From: an uncultured Acidobacteriota bacterium
Lineage (GTDB): Bacteria > Acidobacteriota > Thermoanaerobaculia > UBA5066 > Gp7-AA6
NCBI GenBank assembly: GCA_963823185.1
Contig: CAWGKP010000016.1
Span: 25,070 to 89,069 of the forward strand
DNA length: 64,000 nt
Reading direction: 5' to 3'
Positions 9,466-22,796 of the stretch are shown piece by piece. The position numbers and the translations under genes were made by a program. The stretch's first letter is position 1. The number at the start of each line of letters is the position of its first letter. The notes beneath the pieces are model-generated. The model ran no database searches, was not told the DNA's origin, and was given only the letters and a program-made list of their open reading frames with translations.

Positions 9466-12400
9466 ATGAGCAGAACGATTAAACTGGTCGCCCCTCTCCA
9501 GGCTTCGCCACGCCGATCTCTCGTCGGTTTCGCGGCGGGGTTGGCCGGCCTTCTGACGTCGGCCACAGCCCTAGTGGCGGTGACCGTTCCGAGCGGTTTC
9601 TCCCACTCTCAGATCGGCGGCACGCTCTCGAGCCCGACCGCCTTTGCCATCGCGCCGGACGGCCGGATCTTCGTGTGCGAGCAGGCCGGCAAGCTTCGCG
9701 TCATCAAGAACGGGACGCTCCTCGACACCGTTCTTGACTCTGTCGGTGGACTCCGCGGGCGAGCGCGGCCTGCTCGGCGTCACATTCGATCCGGCCTTTG
9801 CGACAAACCACTTCATCTACGTCTACTACACGGCTAAGACGCCGGCGAAGCACAACCGCTTGAGTCGCTTTACAGGCAACGGCGACGTCGCCGCCGCCGG
9901 GAGCGAAACGGTCTTGCTCGATCTGGACAATTTGTCCAGCGCTACCAACCATAATGGAGGCGCGCTCCACTTCGGACAGGATGGAAAGCTCTACGTGGCC
10001 GTCGGCGAGAATGCAAATGGCTCGAACGCCCAATCGCTTTCGAATCTCCTTGGCAAGCTGCTCCGCCTGAACGCCGACGGCAGCATCCCGACCAACAACC
10101 CGTTCTACTCGACGGCGAGTGGCAAGAACCGCGCGATCTGGGCGAGGGGCCTACGAAACCCTTTCACCTTCGCCATTCAACCCGGCACGGGCCGGATCTT
10201 CATTGACGATGTAGGGAACGCACTTGGGAGGAGATCAACGACGGCCTGGCCGGAGCGAACTACGGCTGGCCCACGACAGAGGGGGCCACGACCGATCCCC
10301 GGTTCGAGACTCCATCTTCTATTACGGGCACGGAGCGATTCGATCGGCTGCCGATCACCGGCGGCACGTTCTACAATCCGGCCTGCTCAGTTCCCGAGCT
10401 CCTATAGTGGCGATTACTTTTTCGCCGACTACTGCAGCGGATGGATCCGACGGCTGGATTCCGCAGGCTCGTACACGGGAGCGTCCACGTTTGCGAGCGG
10501 CATCACGTCGCCGGTCGACCTGGACGTTGCTCCGGACGGGACCCTCTACTACTTGGCGCGGGGATCGGGAACGAACACAGGCGGCGTCTATCGCATCCAG
10601 TACACGCTGAATACGCCTCCAACGATCACCGTTCATCCGGCGGGCCAGACCGTGACAGTTGGAGACTCGGTGACTTTCAACGTCAGCGCCTCCGGCACGA
10701 CGCCTCTTTCCTATCAGTGGCAGCGGAATGGTGCGGACGTCTCCGGCGCCACGTCGTCCAGTTACACGATCGCCGCGGCGCAGACTGGCCGACAACGGCG
10801 CCACCTTCCGCTGCAAGGTGACGAATTCCTATGGAAATGCGACGAGCAACAGCGCGACCCTGACGGTCACCCCTGAGTTGCCGCCGACCGCGGCGATCAC
10901 TGCTCCCGCCTCGGGGACGCTCTATGCGGGTGGGGACACGATCAACTATTCGGGAACCGGTGCCGATCCCCAGGACGGCACGCTTCCGGCCAGCGCTTTC
11001 ACGTGGGAGATCGTCTTCCATCACGACACTCACACGCATCCCTTCATCGCGCCTTTCAGCGGTGTCAAGAGCGGCTCTTTCGTCATTCCCACCATCGGAG
11101 AGACTTCGGACAACGTCTGGTATCGGATTCACTTGACCGTCATCGACTCGGCGGGACTGACGAATTCGACATACATGGATGTGCTGCCACGGAAGTCCAC
11201 CATGTCCTTCGCCACGAATCCGGCGGGGCTGCAGATCACTCTCGATGGCCAGCCCCTGACGACGCCGGAGCAGGTCGTGGGAGTCGTCGGGATTCAGCGC
11301 ACCCTGGGCGTCGTGTCTCCCCAGACCTCTGGTGGAACGACGTACAACTTCTCTTCCTGGTCCGACGGCGGCGCTGCGACCCACGACATTTCGACGCCTG
11401 CCTCGAACACGACTTACACGGCGAACTTCAACGGAGGAGCGACGCCGACGCGCACGGCGACGCGCACGGCGACTCGCACGCCGACCCGGACGTCCACGCC
11501 GACGCGGACACCGACGCGCACATTGACTCCTGCGCTGCCGACTGCGACCCCGACACCGACGCTGCCGGCCTGGACCACTGCCGACATCGGGGGAGTCAAC
11601 CTTCTGGGCAGCGGTAGCCAGTCCGGAGGGGTCTTCACGGTGAAGGGGTCGGGGCGGACATCTGGTACGGCTCAGACCAGTTTCACTTCCTGTATCAAAA
11701 CCTCTCGGGCGACGGCTCGATCGTGGCGCGGGTAGAGAGCGTGCAGAACACGAACGCCTGGGCGAAGGCGGGAGTGATGATCCGGGAGAGCCTGGCGGCC
11801 AACTCGCGGTTTGCCGACGTGGTGCTGACGCCCTCAAGCGGTATCGCCTTCCAGCAGCGGGCGACGGCGGGGGCGATGGCGACGACCACCACGGTGTCGG
11901 GTCTGGCGGCGCCGTACTGGGTCAAGCTGGTGCGCAGCGGCAACACCTTCACGGCTTCTCGGTCTTCGAACGGGTCGAGCTGGACGGTCATCGGAACGGC
12001 GACGATCACGATGGCCCAGAACATCTTCATCGGCCTGGCCGTGACCAGTCACAACGTGAACGCCCTCTGCACCGCAACCTTCGACAACCTGACCGTGAGC
12101 GGGTCGAGCTGGACCAATGCCGATATCGGGGGAGTCAACCTGGCGGGCAATGGTACCCACGCCGGAGGGGTCTTCACGGTAAAGGGGTCGGGAGCGGACA
12201 TCTGGTACGGCTCGGACCAGTTTCACTTCCTGTATCAAAACCTCTCGGGCGACGGCTCGATCGTGGCTCGGGTGGCGAGCGTGCAGAACACGAACCCCTG
12301 GGCAAAAGTGGGCGTGATGATGCGGGAGAGTCTGGCGGCCAACTCGCGGTTTGCCGACGTCGTGCTGACGCCCTCAAACGGTATCGCCTTCCAGCAGCGG

Positions 12401-12646
12401 GCGACGGCTGGGGCGATGGCGACGACCACGACGGTTTCTGGTCTGCCGGCGCCGTACTGGGTCAAGCTGGTGCGCAGCGGTGACACCTTCACGGCTTCGC
12501 GGTCTTCGAACGGGTCGAGCTGGACGGTCATCGGGACGGTGACGATCACGATGGCCCAGAACATCTACATCGGCCTGGCCGTGACCAGTCACAACGTCAA
12601 CGCCCTGTGTCCCGCGACCTTCGACAACGTTTCCTGGACGCCGTAG
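9466..12646 (+). pseudogene. Large secreted multidomain protein with at least 5 frame breaks. Domains: signal peptide, PQQ-type soluble glucose/sorbosone dehydrogenase-like beta-propeller, Ig-like domain, Thr/Pro/Arg linker, and two tandem ~150-aa beta-sandwich domains.
   Basis: Conserved GSDH-family segments (AFAIAPDGRIFVCEQAGKLRVI, ERGLLGVTFDPAF, HNGGALHFGQDGKLYVAVGE, NYGWPTTEG, GDYFFADY) are spread over three frames. The frame must switch near 9730, 10225, 10290, 10400, 10790 and 11650. Confidence 0.6.
11581..12646 (+). repeat. Tandem duplication (2 x ~539 bp, >90% nucleotide identity) encoding two copies of a ~150-aa domain (WTxADIGGVNL...GSGADIWYGSDQFHFLYQ...WAKxGVMxRESL...)
   Basis: Directly visible by aligning 11581-12119 with 12120-12646. 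Copy 1 has tcggggcgg where copy 2 has tcgggagcgg, a 1-nt loss that explains the frame break at ~11655. Confidence 0.7.
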
Positions 12647-12935
12647 GCGGCTCCGGGGCCGGCATCCGGTGTCCCGCGACAGAGACTGAGAAGCCGGGTG
12701 ACCCGCATTGGGATTCTGCACGGCATGGCGACCCACCGCCCAAATGTCAGGGGGCCACACCTTATCGCTAAGAAAGGTCTGACAGCGGCCTCGGGCGTTT
12801 CGCCGGCGGAGAGCGTACCTGCCCCGTAGCTGTTCATCTGTGCTCATGCGGTGCCAGGAGAGACCGTGGACCGAGAGGAACAGCGAATCTCCAAACATAT
12901 CGGTTCACCGAGTGTCAGGAGTGCTCTTCTCCGGG

Positions 12936-12983
12936 CGGTTTGCGACCGAGTGGTCGGAGGTTCAAATCCTCTCGCTCCGACCA
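12936..12983 (+). repeat. Partial direct repeat of the tRNA-Pro 3' half (attR-like island boundary)
   Basis: gaccgagtggtcggaggttcaaatcctctcgctccgacca matches tRNA-Pro 8121-8160 with 1 mismatch. Similarity extends degenerately further 5'. No 5' half of a tRNA is present. Confidence 0.75.
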
Positions 12984-13068
12984 ATTCTTATAACGGGTCA
13001 GCTCACCGTAAGAGCCCCGCTGACAACATTCTCGTGAAGGCGGACAGAACGACAGACCGCGAAGGCAT

Positions 13069-16000
13069 CTAAACCGGCGTTGGCGTCGCTGTCGGAACCT
13101 CGGTCGGAGTGTCCAGGGGTGTCGGAGTCGCCGTAGGAATTGGCGTAACCGTCTCAGTCGGAGTGGCTGTCGGAGTCTCGGTCGGGGTGTCCGAGGGTGT
13201 CGGTGTTGGGGTGGGAGTTGGCGTAGCCGTCTGAGTTGGGGTGGCTGTCGGGATCTCGGTCGGGGTATTCGAGGGAGTCGGTGTTGCCGTAGGGGTTGGC
13301 GTAGCCGTCTGAGTTGGGGTGGCTGTCGGGATCTCGGTCGGGGTATTCGAGGGAGTCGGTGTTGCCGTAGGCGTTGGCGTAGCCGTCTGAGTTGGCGTGG
13401 CTGTCGGGATCTGGGTCGGGGTGTTCGAGGGAGTCGGTGTTTCCGTAGGCGTTGGCGTAGCCGTCTGAGTTGGGGTGGCTGTCGGGATCTGGGTCGGGGT
13501 GTTCGAGGGAGTCGGCGTTGCCGTGGCGGTGGGTGTGAATGACCGAGTGGGGGTGGCCGTCGCGGTCCCTGTCGAAGTCTTCGAGGGAGTCGGCGTTGCC
13601 GTGGCGGTGGGTGTGAATGACCGAGTGGGGGTGGCCGTCGCGGTCCCTGTCGAAGTCTTCGAGGGAGTCGGTGTTGCCGTGGCGGTGGGTGTGAATGACC
13701 GAGTGGGGGTGGCCGTCGCGGTCCCTGTCCGAGTCTTCGAGGGAGTCGGTGTTGCCGTGGCCGTGGTGGTCGACGTGCGCGTGAAGGTTGGTGTCACTGT
13801 CGCCGTCGACGTGCGTGTCAAAGTGGGCGTTGCCGACGAGGTCTGAGTCGGCGTCCTGCTCGCCGTGGGAGTCGCGGTCCCCGTTGGAGTCCGACTGGCC
13901 GTGAGAGTAAAGGTGCGAGTCGGGGTCCGACTCGCAGTGGCGGTGACGGTCGGCACGATCGTCGCGTTGGCCGCCACGTTGTCGAAGACCGCCGTGCAGA
14001 CGAGAGAGTTGTTGTGGCTCGTCACGGCGAGGCCGATGTAAACGTTGGCGGCCATCGGGATCGTGGCGGTTCCAACCGTCGTCCAACCGACACCATCGGC
14101 GGAGCGAGAAGCCGTGAAGAGATTTCCGGCGCGCGCCAGACGCACCCAGTAGGGCGCCGCGAGACTCGAGACGGTCGTGCCCACGGCGCTTGCTCCGGCC
14201 GTCAGCCGCCGCTGAAACGCCACACCGTCGCCCGGAGTGACGAGCATGTCCGCATAGGCCGAGTTGGAGGCCAGACTCTGTCGGATCATCACTCCCGACT
14301 TGGCCCATGAATTGGTGTTCTGCACACTCTTCACCCGCGCCGTTATCTGCCCATCACCTGACAGCGACTGATAAATGAAATGAAACTGATCCGCGACGCC
14401 CCAAATGTCCGCTCCCGAACCTTTCAGCGTAAAGGTTCCCGCCAGGACGCTCCCGCTACCCGCGAATCCGACGGCGCCGATGTCGGCGTTCACCCAGCCG
14501 GTGGTCGAAGCCGACGCGGTCGGGGTCGGTGTCGGCGTAACAGCCCGATATGTGGCGCTGTAGGTCTTGACGGACGTCGGCGCAGTGATGTTATGGCTCT
14601 GGGCGCCGCCGTCGGACCAGCTGGCGAAGTCGTAGATTGTCGCCGAGAGAGCCTGAGGAGCAGAGGCACTGATGGAGTTGTTCGACCCGACGATGACGGT
14701 GCGAGAGAACGGTGTGGTCTGGCTGGTGCTTCCGACGGAGAGCAGCAGCCCCGAGGGTGTTGAGGTAAAGGAGAGCCCCACCGTCGTGGGGTACAGCAGT
14801 ACGGTCGTTGTGCCCTGCAGCCCGTTCGAATCCGTTGCCGTGAGAGTCAGCTCCAGATGCGACGGGTACTCGTGATCCGGGGCCGAGAAGGAGCCGCTTG
14901 CCACGCCCACGAAGTCCTGCACCGGATGAGTGTGGCAGTTCGAGGGGCAATGCCGCACGAGCAACGACCAGGTGAGTTTGGAGGCCGGCAGCGTTCCGTC
15001 CTCGGCGTCCGTCGCTGAGCCGGAGAAGGAGATCACGGTGCCCACCTTCCAGGTGAGCGTGGACAACGGCGTCACGATCTTGGGGATGGGAGCCGTATTC
15101 GACACGTTGATCACCGTGGAAACGGTGTCGGAACCGCCGTGGGAATCGGTCACGCGCAGGCGAACGGTGTAACTGCCCTTGACCGTGTACGTGTAGCTCG
15201 GTTGGGCAGCGGTCGAATCGCCGAAAGTTCCATCGCCGTTCAAATCCCAGGAGTAGGTCAAGGGCTCGCCGGGCTTCGGGTGCGTGGAGCCGGTCGCATC
15301 GAAGGAGACCGTCAGAGGGGCCTTGCCCGACGTCGGAGTGGCCAGCAGGACAGCAGTCGGAGTCATGTACTGGATCCGGTGGATCTTGCCGCCAATCAGG
15401 TCCACATAGAAGATGTCGCCAACGGGCCCGGCCACGAGCTGCACGGGCGCGCCGGCTCCGGCTGCGAAGGTCTGGAGGCTGCTCGGATTGGGGTTGCCAT
15501 TGGTACCCGGAAGCATCGCCCAGATGCATTGGCGCGAGTAGTCCGCGAAGAAGAGTGCGTTCTTGTATGTGGAGGGATAGGAGCCGCTCGTGTAGAACGC
15601 GAGCCCCGTGATCGAGGAGCTGCCCGTCGGACAGCTCTCTGCCGCCACCACCTTTGCGCTGTGGTTGTAGGTATAGAACGGAGCTGTCACGGCACCCGCC
15701 TGGGCGTAGAGGTTCTCGCACAGGTTCAGATTCAGTGCGTCGTAGGACGACTGTCTCCCCGTCCCTTCGTAGCAGGGCCAGCCGAAGTTGGTGACGGTCG
15801 TGACGCTCGAGATGCGGTTGATTTCTTCCCAGGTGTTGTAGCCGACGTCGCCGACCCAGATCTCGCCGGTGCCCGGGCGCGCCGTCATGCGGAATGGGTT
15901 GCGCAGACCGTAGGCCACGATGCGACGCTCGTTCACGTCCGGGCTGCCGAAAAAAGGATTCCCCGAGAGTCCCGCACCCGTGGCCGGATCGACCCGGATC

Positions 16001-16773
16001 ACCGTCCCGTCCAGAGTCACGGGGTCGCTCAGACTACGCAGGTCCTGGGAGCGCAACGCGCCCCCTTCGGCTGTCGGAGGCGTCTGCGCGCTGCCGACGC
16101 CAACCGGCGGGTCGCCGCCGGGATTCAAGGGATTGCCTTTCTGTCCGTAGTCGGCAAAGTTGAAGCTCGCCCCATCGCCACCGCTGGCGTAGAGAGCGCC
16201 GTCGCTGCCAAAGAAAACACTCCCGATCGAGTGGCTCGGAAACTGCTGGAACCAGTCGTGAACGAGCACCAGCTCGGAACCGGTCATCACGCTGCCGGAG
16301 GCCTGCAGACGCGACAGACGTGCACTCACGACGCAGCCGTCCGTTGTGGCTCCCGGCGGACTCGGGCACGGATCGGAGAGGACCCCCGCCTTGCCCCACT
16401 TCGGAGCCGAGCCGCCGATCGTGCCGTCATAGGTGTAGAGAACGTAGAGGTAGGGCCTGGCGGGAAAACCCGGATCGAGCGCCAGCCCGAGAAGCCCCCG
16501 GTCCCAGTAGTTGTAGACCCTCGTGGAGAGGTCCGCGAAGACCGTCGGCGCCGTGGCCGTCATGCTCGCAAACACTTTGATCACGCCGCTCTTCTCGGCC
16601 ACAAAGACACGCCCGTCCGGCGAGAAGGCCACCGCTGTTGGGTTGCTCAGCCCGGAGAAGGCGACCGTGTCGCGGAAACCCGCGGGAAGCGTTTGCGCCT
16701 CAACGAGGAACGCAGACGTCGCACTTGCGACAAGAAAAACACACGCCGCTGCGCAACGCAGCTTCCCAAACAT
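13069..16773 (-). CDS. Very large secreted protein (~1230 aa). Domains: signal peptide, GSDH-like beta-propeller, PKD domain(s), the same ~150-aa beta-sandwich domain seen at 11581-12646, then a long Thr/Pro-rich repetitive C-terminal tail.
   Basis: Signal peptide [28 protein letters not shown]; propeller segments [22 protein letters not shown] and [12 protein letters not shown]; PKD-like [14 protein letters not shown]...[13 protein letters not shown]; shared-domain segment [18 protein letters not shown]...[12 protein letters not shown]; then (TPTxT)n to the stop. Confidence 0.75.
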   Translation of the reverse strand: MFGKLRCAAACVFLVASATSAFLVEAQTLPAGFRDTVAFSGLSNPTAVAFSPDGRVFVAEKSGVIKVFASMTATAPTVFADLSTRVYNYWDRGLLGLALDPGFPARPYLYVLYTYDGTIGGSAPKWGKAGVLSDPCPSPPGATTDGCVVSARLSRLQASGSVMTGSELVLVHDWFQQFPSHSIGSVFFGSDGALYASGGDGASFNFADYGQKGNPLNPGGDPPVGVGSAQTPPTAEGGALRSQDLRSLSDPVTLDGTVIRVDPATGAGLSGNPFFGSPDVNERRIVAYGLRNPFRMTARPGTGEIWVGDVGYNTWEEINRISSVTTVTNFGWPCYEGTGRQSSYDALNLNLCENLYAQAGAVTAPFYTYNHSAKVVAAESCPTGSSSITGLAFYTSGSYPSTYKNALFFADYSRQCIWAMLPGTNGNPNPSSLQTFAAGAGAPVQLVAGPVGDIFYVDLIGGKIHRIQYMTPTAVLLATPTSGKAPLTVSFDATGSTHPKPGEPLTYSWDLNGDGTFGDSTAAQPSYTYTVKGSYTVRLRVTDSHGGSDTVSTVINVSNTAPIPKIVTPLSTLTWKVGTVISFSGSATDAEDGTLPASKLTWSLLVRHCPSNCHTHPVQDFVGVASGSFSAPDHEYPSHLELTLTATDSNGLQGTTTVLLYPTTVGLSFTSTPSGLLLSVGSTSQTTPFSRTVIVGSNNSISASAPQALSATIYDFASWSDGGAQSHNITAPTSVKTYSATYRAVTPTPTPTASASTTGWVNADIGAVGFAGSGSVLAGTFTLKGSGADIWGVADQFHFIYQSLSGDGQITARVKSVQNTNSWAKSGVMIRQSLASNSAYADMLVTPGDGVAFQRRLTAGASAVGTTVSSLAAPYWVRLARAGNLFTASRSADGVGWTTVGTATIPMAANVYIGLAVTSHNNSLVCTAVFDNVAANATIVPTVTATASRTPTRTFTLTASRTPTGTATPTASRTPTQTSSATPTLTRTSTATVTPTFTRTSTTTATATPTPSKTRTGTATATPTRSFTPTATATPTPSKTSTGTATATPTRSFTPTATATPTPSKTSTGTATATPTRSFTPTATATPTPSNTPTQIPTATPTQTATPTPTETPTPSNTPTQIPTATPTQTATPTPTATPTPSNTPTEIPTATPTQTATPTPTATPTPSNTPTEIPTATPTQTATPTPTPTPTPSDTPTETPTATPTETVTPIPTATPTPLDTPTEVPTATPTPV
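13075..13900. repeat. Tandem nucleotide repeats (~60-78 bp units, several families) encoding the Pro/Thr-rich low-complexity tail
   Basis: Repeating units such as ggcgtagccgtctgagttggggtggctgtcgggatctcggtcggggtattcgagggagtcggtgttgccgtagg and gtggcggtgggtgtgaatgaccgagtgggggtggccgtcgcggtccctgtcgaagtcttcgagggagtcgg are each present 3-4 times. Confidence 0.7.
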
Positions 16774-17185
16774 CCTGTCGTCTCCGGCCGGGGTCTCCGG
16801 CGGACCCTGCAAAGAAGCGGATCGGGCGCGAGCTTATGGTCCGCAAAGCAGGCATCAAGGGGGGAGCGGCCTCAGAATCTGGTGTGGACCTTTGGGTGGA
16901 CCTCTCCCGAGATGCCTTTGGAAAACATGCCTAGGCCGGGATTCGCACCCGCCCCCGGCGGCGGCGTTCGTAGCTCCAACACGCGAAGTGCTTCTCCAGC
17001 AATTCCAAGGGTTGCGTGGCGCCCGAAGGGGTCTGCGAGCCCGAATCCGCTTGGGCGGCTTCCTTAGCCGTTGTCTCCTCAAATGATCTCTTTTGATCAT
17101 TCTGGGTAGCGGGCTGGAGCGACAGGATTTCCGCTGACTGGTTCGCGACCGGTCTCGGCGGATCTCCCTGGAAGACCAGCCCCGG

Positions 17186-19303
<2,118 letters not shown>

Positions 19304-19379
19304 GGGAATCGCGGTCAGTCCGGTGCGGGCTGTCCTGAGTCGAACCCGCCCAGCACCGGCTTGCGGAGGAGATTAGGGT

Positions 19380-19410
19380 GTCGGAGGTTCAAATCCTCTC
19401 GTCCCGACCA
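19380..19410 (+). repeat. Partial direct repeat of the tRNA-Pro 3' end (31 nt, 1 mismatch)
   Basis: gtcggaggttcaaatcctctcgtcccgacca compared with tRNA-Pro 8130-8160. Confidence 0.7.
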
Positions 19411-19474
19411 ACCCCGTCATGGGTCAACCCTTCGTCGTTCGCGGCACCCTGCAAGAGAAGCTCGCCGCTCCGCG

Positions 19475-20614
19475 CTAGCCGTGCATCGAATAGATCATGC
19501 GAAGGTCCCAGCTATCCCTATCGAGCAGCCGGCGTCCGCCGATGGCCCAGCCCGCGAGCAGCCGGCCCGGCGGGACCGAACGCAAGAGGAGGCCCGGGTA
19601 GCCGCGCGCGGTCTTCCCACCGTCGACGGGCCGGAATCCCCGTTTCTCGAGAAGCCGGCGCGTCGGTTCCTCGACGGTCGCGGACCAGACGACGAGCTGC
19701 GCGAACCCCCCGCAGGCGAGGGCGGCGTCGAGCAGCTCCATCCGGGTCGCTTCGTCGCGAGCCTCCCAGTCGGCGATGCACAATCGGCCGGCCGGTCGTG
19801 GCGAGTGCGCGAGGAGAAGCACCAGGTATCCATGGAGCCCGTCCCCCTCGCGATACAGGAACCGGTAGTCGCGCAGCGGATTTCGGTAGCGCCAGGCGAG
19901 ATAGCGGGCGTCTCGGACTTGCCGGATGCGACCGTCGTACGGGAGACGGGCGACGAGCTCCGCCATCGGCTCGGCCCGAGGCCCTCGCTCGACCCGTACG
20001 GTCGAGGTCAGCCGGCCCACGCTCCGCGCGATCGCGCGGTCGAACCGAGAGAAGGGCTCGCTCATCCCCGCCGCTCGGGCCGCCGCACGCGCCGGACCTC
20101 CGGCGAGAAGGGGAAGGCGGCGCAGCGTCTGATACAGGCGCACGAACGACGCGGCCCGAGCCGACCGGCGGCCGACCGGTTCGGCCAGCAGCACGTTCTT
20201 CCACCCATCCACGAGCGACGAGAGCAGCGTGACCGGGCCCGCGCTCAAATTGATCAGGAGCTCGCGCTCGTCCCGCGCGAGGTCCGCGAGAGCGGTTTCC
20301 ATGAGGCGCGACACGAGACCCCGGTTGCGATGATCGGGAGCGATCGCGAAGTCGTCGGTATAGAAGGCCTCGAAGCGTTCCGGCGGCCGGCCCGCCTCCC
20401 AGCGGGTCGCGAAGGCACTGCGCATCCCGACGACCTTCCCGTCGTGCAGGGCGAGCCAAGCGAGCGGCGCGGGTTGAAGCGGATTCTCCTCGTGTTTCCA
20501 GGCGAAGTAGGCGTCGTTGACGGAGACGTCGGGACTCCAGAGGTGCGTCTGGAGGCGCAGGACGCCCTCCCGGAATTCCGGCGCATAGCGGACGATTTCG
20601 TATCCGGCCGTCAC
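19475..20614 (-). CDS. GNAT-fold acyltransferase family protein (~380 aa)
   Basis: Translation contains an acyl-CoA N-acyltransferase-like segment (GKVVGMRSAFATRW...DFAIAPDHRNRGLVSRLM). The GTG start at 20614 abuts the ACP stop. Confidence 0.55.
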   Translation of the reverse strand: MTAGYEIVRYAPEFREGVLRLQTHLWSPDVSVNDAYFAWKHEENPLQPAPLAWLALHDGKVVGMRSAFATRWEAGRPPERFEAFYTDDFAIAPDHRNRGLVSRLMETALADLARDERELLINLSAGPVTLLSSLVDGWKNVLLAEPVGRRSARAASFVRLYQTLRRLPLLAGGPARAAARAAGMSEPFSRFDRAIARSVGRLTSTVRVERGPRAEPMAELVARLPYDGRIRQVRDARYLAWRYRNPLRDYRFLYREGDGLHGYLVLLLAHSPRPAGRLCIADWEARDEATRMELLDAALACGGFAQLVVWSATVEEPTRRLLEKRGFRPVDGGKTARGYPGLLLRSVPPGRLLAGWAIGGRRLLDRDSWDLRMIYSMHG

Positions 20615-20907
20615 GAGACCGGGCCCTCGCCGTCGGCGCCGCGTCTCCGCAGGAAGTCGAGGATCCGCGGCACGGTGTCCCACTCCTCGACGAGGTCGAT
20701 CGTGCTCGGATCGATGGGCGCGCCGAGCCGCTTCTCGATCCAGTCGGTCAGGTGAAAGAGCGCCAGCGAGTCGAAGAGCCCGGAGCGCAGGAGCGAGGTT
20801 TCTTCCGTAATCTCGGCCGACGGCGGGAGATCGAGCCCTCGCAGGAAACGGAGGAGCTCCCTCTTCGGGTCTTCGGAACCCGCGCTTCGGCCCCCTTTCG
20901 TCCCCAC
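20611..20907 (-). CDS. Acyl carrier protein-like (phosphopantetheine attachment site)
   Basis: DSL motif present in LRSGLFDSLALFHLTDWIEKRLG; small acidic helical protein. Confidence 0.6.
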   Translation of the reverse strand: MGTKGGRSAGSEDPKRELLRFLRGLDLPPSAEITEETSLLRSGLFDSLALFHLTDWIEKRLGAPIDPSTIDLVEEWDTVPRILDFLRRRGADGEGPVS

Positions 20908-20926
20908 CGGCCGGAACGGAATGGCC

Positions 20927-22456
20927 CTACTCCGCGCCGCTTCCGGCGGCCGCGCGCAGATCGAGCGGCCGGCGCCCGGCGCACCGTCCGGCGACCGAGG
21001 CGCGATTGACCTTGCCCCGCGACGTGCGCGGGATCTCGTCCAGGAGAAACCATCGCAGCGGAATCTGGTGGCGCGCGAGGTGTCGGCTCGCCCACTCGAG
21101 GAGCCCCCGGAGCGAGGCGTCGTCCGCGTCCTTCAACACGACCGCGACGGCGACGTCTTCGCCGTGGAGCGATCCTCGACGGCGAAAGCGCAGACGTCGA
21201 GTGTCGCCGGGTAGCGCTCGATGACCGCGTCCACGTCGCCCGGGTACACCTTCATCCCGCCTTTGTTGATTTCTTCGCGCTCACGGCCCCGGAGGTACAG
21301 CCACCCGCGCGGGTCGAGAAGACCGATGTCGCCGGTCGAAAACCAGCCGTCGGAAACCACCTCGCGCGTGCGGTCCTCGCGCTCCAGATAGCCGCGCATG
21401 AGCGCCGCCGTCTGGACCCAGACGTGCCCCGATTCTCCCGGCGCGCATGCTCGGCCGCTCCCTCCGTCGGCGCCGGCGCCCCCGCCCTGAGGACCCGGAT
21501 CTCGGAGCCCCACGGACGCCGACGAGGCCGTCTTCGGGGACCACGTCCTCGAGTGAAGAGCCCGCGAGCCAGCTCGCCGTTTCGGTGATGCCGTAGGCGT
21601 TCCAGACCTGCCTGGTTCCGGCCCAATTCTGTATGTCTTTCCAGAGGGCCGCCGAGAGCGGGGCGGACCCGCAGAACACGCGCTCGAGCGAGCGCCGCCG
21701 CGGGCGGCGCGGCCGTGCGGAGAGCGACCCTCCAGAGGGACGGGACCGACGAGAGAAAGGTGATCTCGTGCGGTCGATGAGGGCGCCCAATCTGATCAGA
21801 TGTCCGAGCGGAACGGGGGGAGGATGTAGAGGTCCTGTCCGGAGAGCCAGGGGAAGAGGGAGTTGCAGATCAACCCGTGGCCGAAGTGCGTCGGCAGCAG
21901 GCACAGCGTCCTCCGGTAAGCGCTCGAGGCCGAGCGATTTCTCGAGGCTCTTCCAGCGCGCCGCGAGCGAGCGGCGCGTGTGCACGACGCCCTTCGGGTG
22001 GCCCGTCGTTCCCGAGGTGAAGAGGATCAGCGCGTCCTCCCCGGAGGATTGCGGCTCCCACCCGAGCGGGTTCGCGCTCCCGGGGCCGGCCACGGGCTCC
22101 GCGACGTCCACCGATTCGGTCCCCCGCGCCGCGAGTTTCCGGGCGAGTTCCTCCGGCGGCGGTCCGAGCCAGGCCGAGAATCGGGGCGCGGCCGAGGCGG
22201 CGAGGGTTTCAACCTCGAACGCCGTCAGCCTCGAATCGATCGGGGCCGCGGCAGCGCCCCGGCTCCAGATCGCGAGGAGCTCGACGAAGAACTCCAGGTT
22301 GTTCCCGAAGTGGAGGAACACGCGATCACGTGGACCGAGCCCGCGGGCGCGATAGAAGGCGGCACGAGCGGAAACGCGCTCCAGGATCTCCGGGGGTTCC
22401 CAACGCCGTCCGGTCAGAGGCTCGTCGAGGGCGCCCGGCTTCCAATCGAATCGCAT
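20927..22456 (-). pseudogene. AMP-dependent synthetase/ligase (acyl-CoA or acyl-ACP ligase), split over 3 frames
   Basis: AMP-binding motif LILFTSGTTGHPKGVVHTRRSL in 21281..22456. C-terminal segments GWFSTGDIG...DPRGWLYLRGREREEINKGGMKVYPGDVDAV (21133..21513) and IPRTSRGKVNR (20927..21139) are in other frames. Confidence 0.65.
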
Positions 22457-22649
22457 CGTGCCCTGCCCGAAGGCAACCGAGGGTAACGGCCGGGTCCGCG
22501 GCTGTCAATGAAGGGATGAGACGAGGGAGCCGGAGGGCGGAGCCAAGACGGAGCTGTTCTCCAGACAGCCGGCGTGGTCGGCGGAGCTCGCGAGCGGCCG
22601 ATTCACGAGCAATCGCGCTCAGGCGATGCCAGGGATGACCGGTCTCGGC

Positions 22650-22697
22650 CGGTTCGGGCCCGAGTGGTCGGAGGTTCAAATCCTCTCGCCTCGAGCA
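22650..22697 (+). repeat. Partial direct repeat of the tRNA-Pro 3' half (anticodon stem to T-arm; last 7 nt diverge)
   Basis: cggttcgggcccgagtggtcggaggttcaaatcctctcgcc matches tRNA-Pro 8111-8151 with 1 mismatch. Confidence 0.7.
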
Positions 22698-22796
22698 GCT
22701 TCTCCGGCAACTCCAAGAGTTGCGTGGCGATCTCGTCTGCCCGCCCGGGCCTTCGCTTCGCTGCGATCGGAGCCGTAAGCCTCGAAATGATCTGTT

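Noticed and set aside
11695-12564. Two near-identical minus-strand ORFs (MKMFWAIVIVAVPMTVQLDPFEDREAVKV...)
   Set aside because: They are antisense images of the 539-bp tandem duplication, so their similarity is a by-product of the repeat and not evidence of a gene.
12815-12840. Second occurrence of cccgtagctgttc (also at the integrase 3' end, 8223-8244) upstream of the 12936 tRNA remnant
   Set aside because: It is a 12-13-nt match only and is wrongly positioned relative to the repeat to be an integrase remnant; it is probably chance.
12840-13072. Small ORFs overlapping the tRNA-Pro remnant
   Set aside because: They overlap the att-like repeat. They have no RBS and no conservation signal.
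13154-14308. 384-aa minus ORF (His/Asp/Ser-rich) and the 13475..13846 plus ORF (GV-rich) inside the PT-repeat region
   Set aside because: They are alternative-frame translations of the tandem repeats; the PT-rich frame is contiguous with the large secreted protein.
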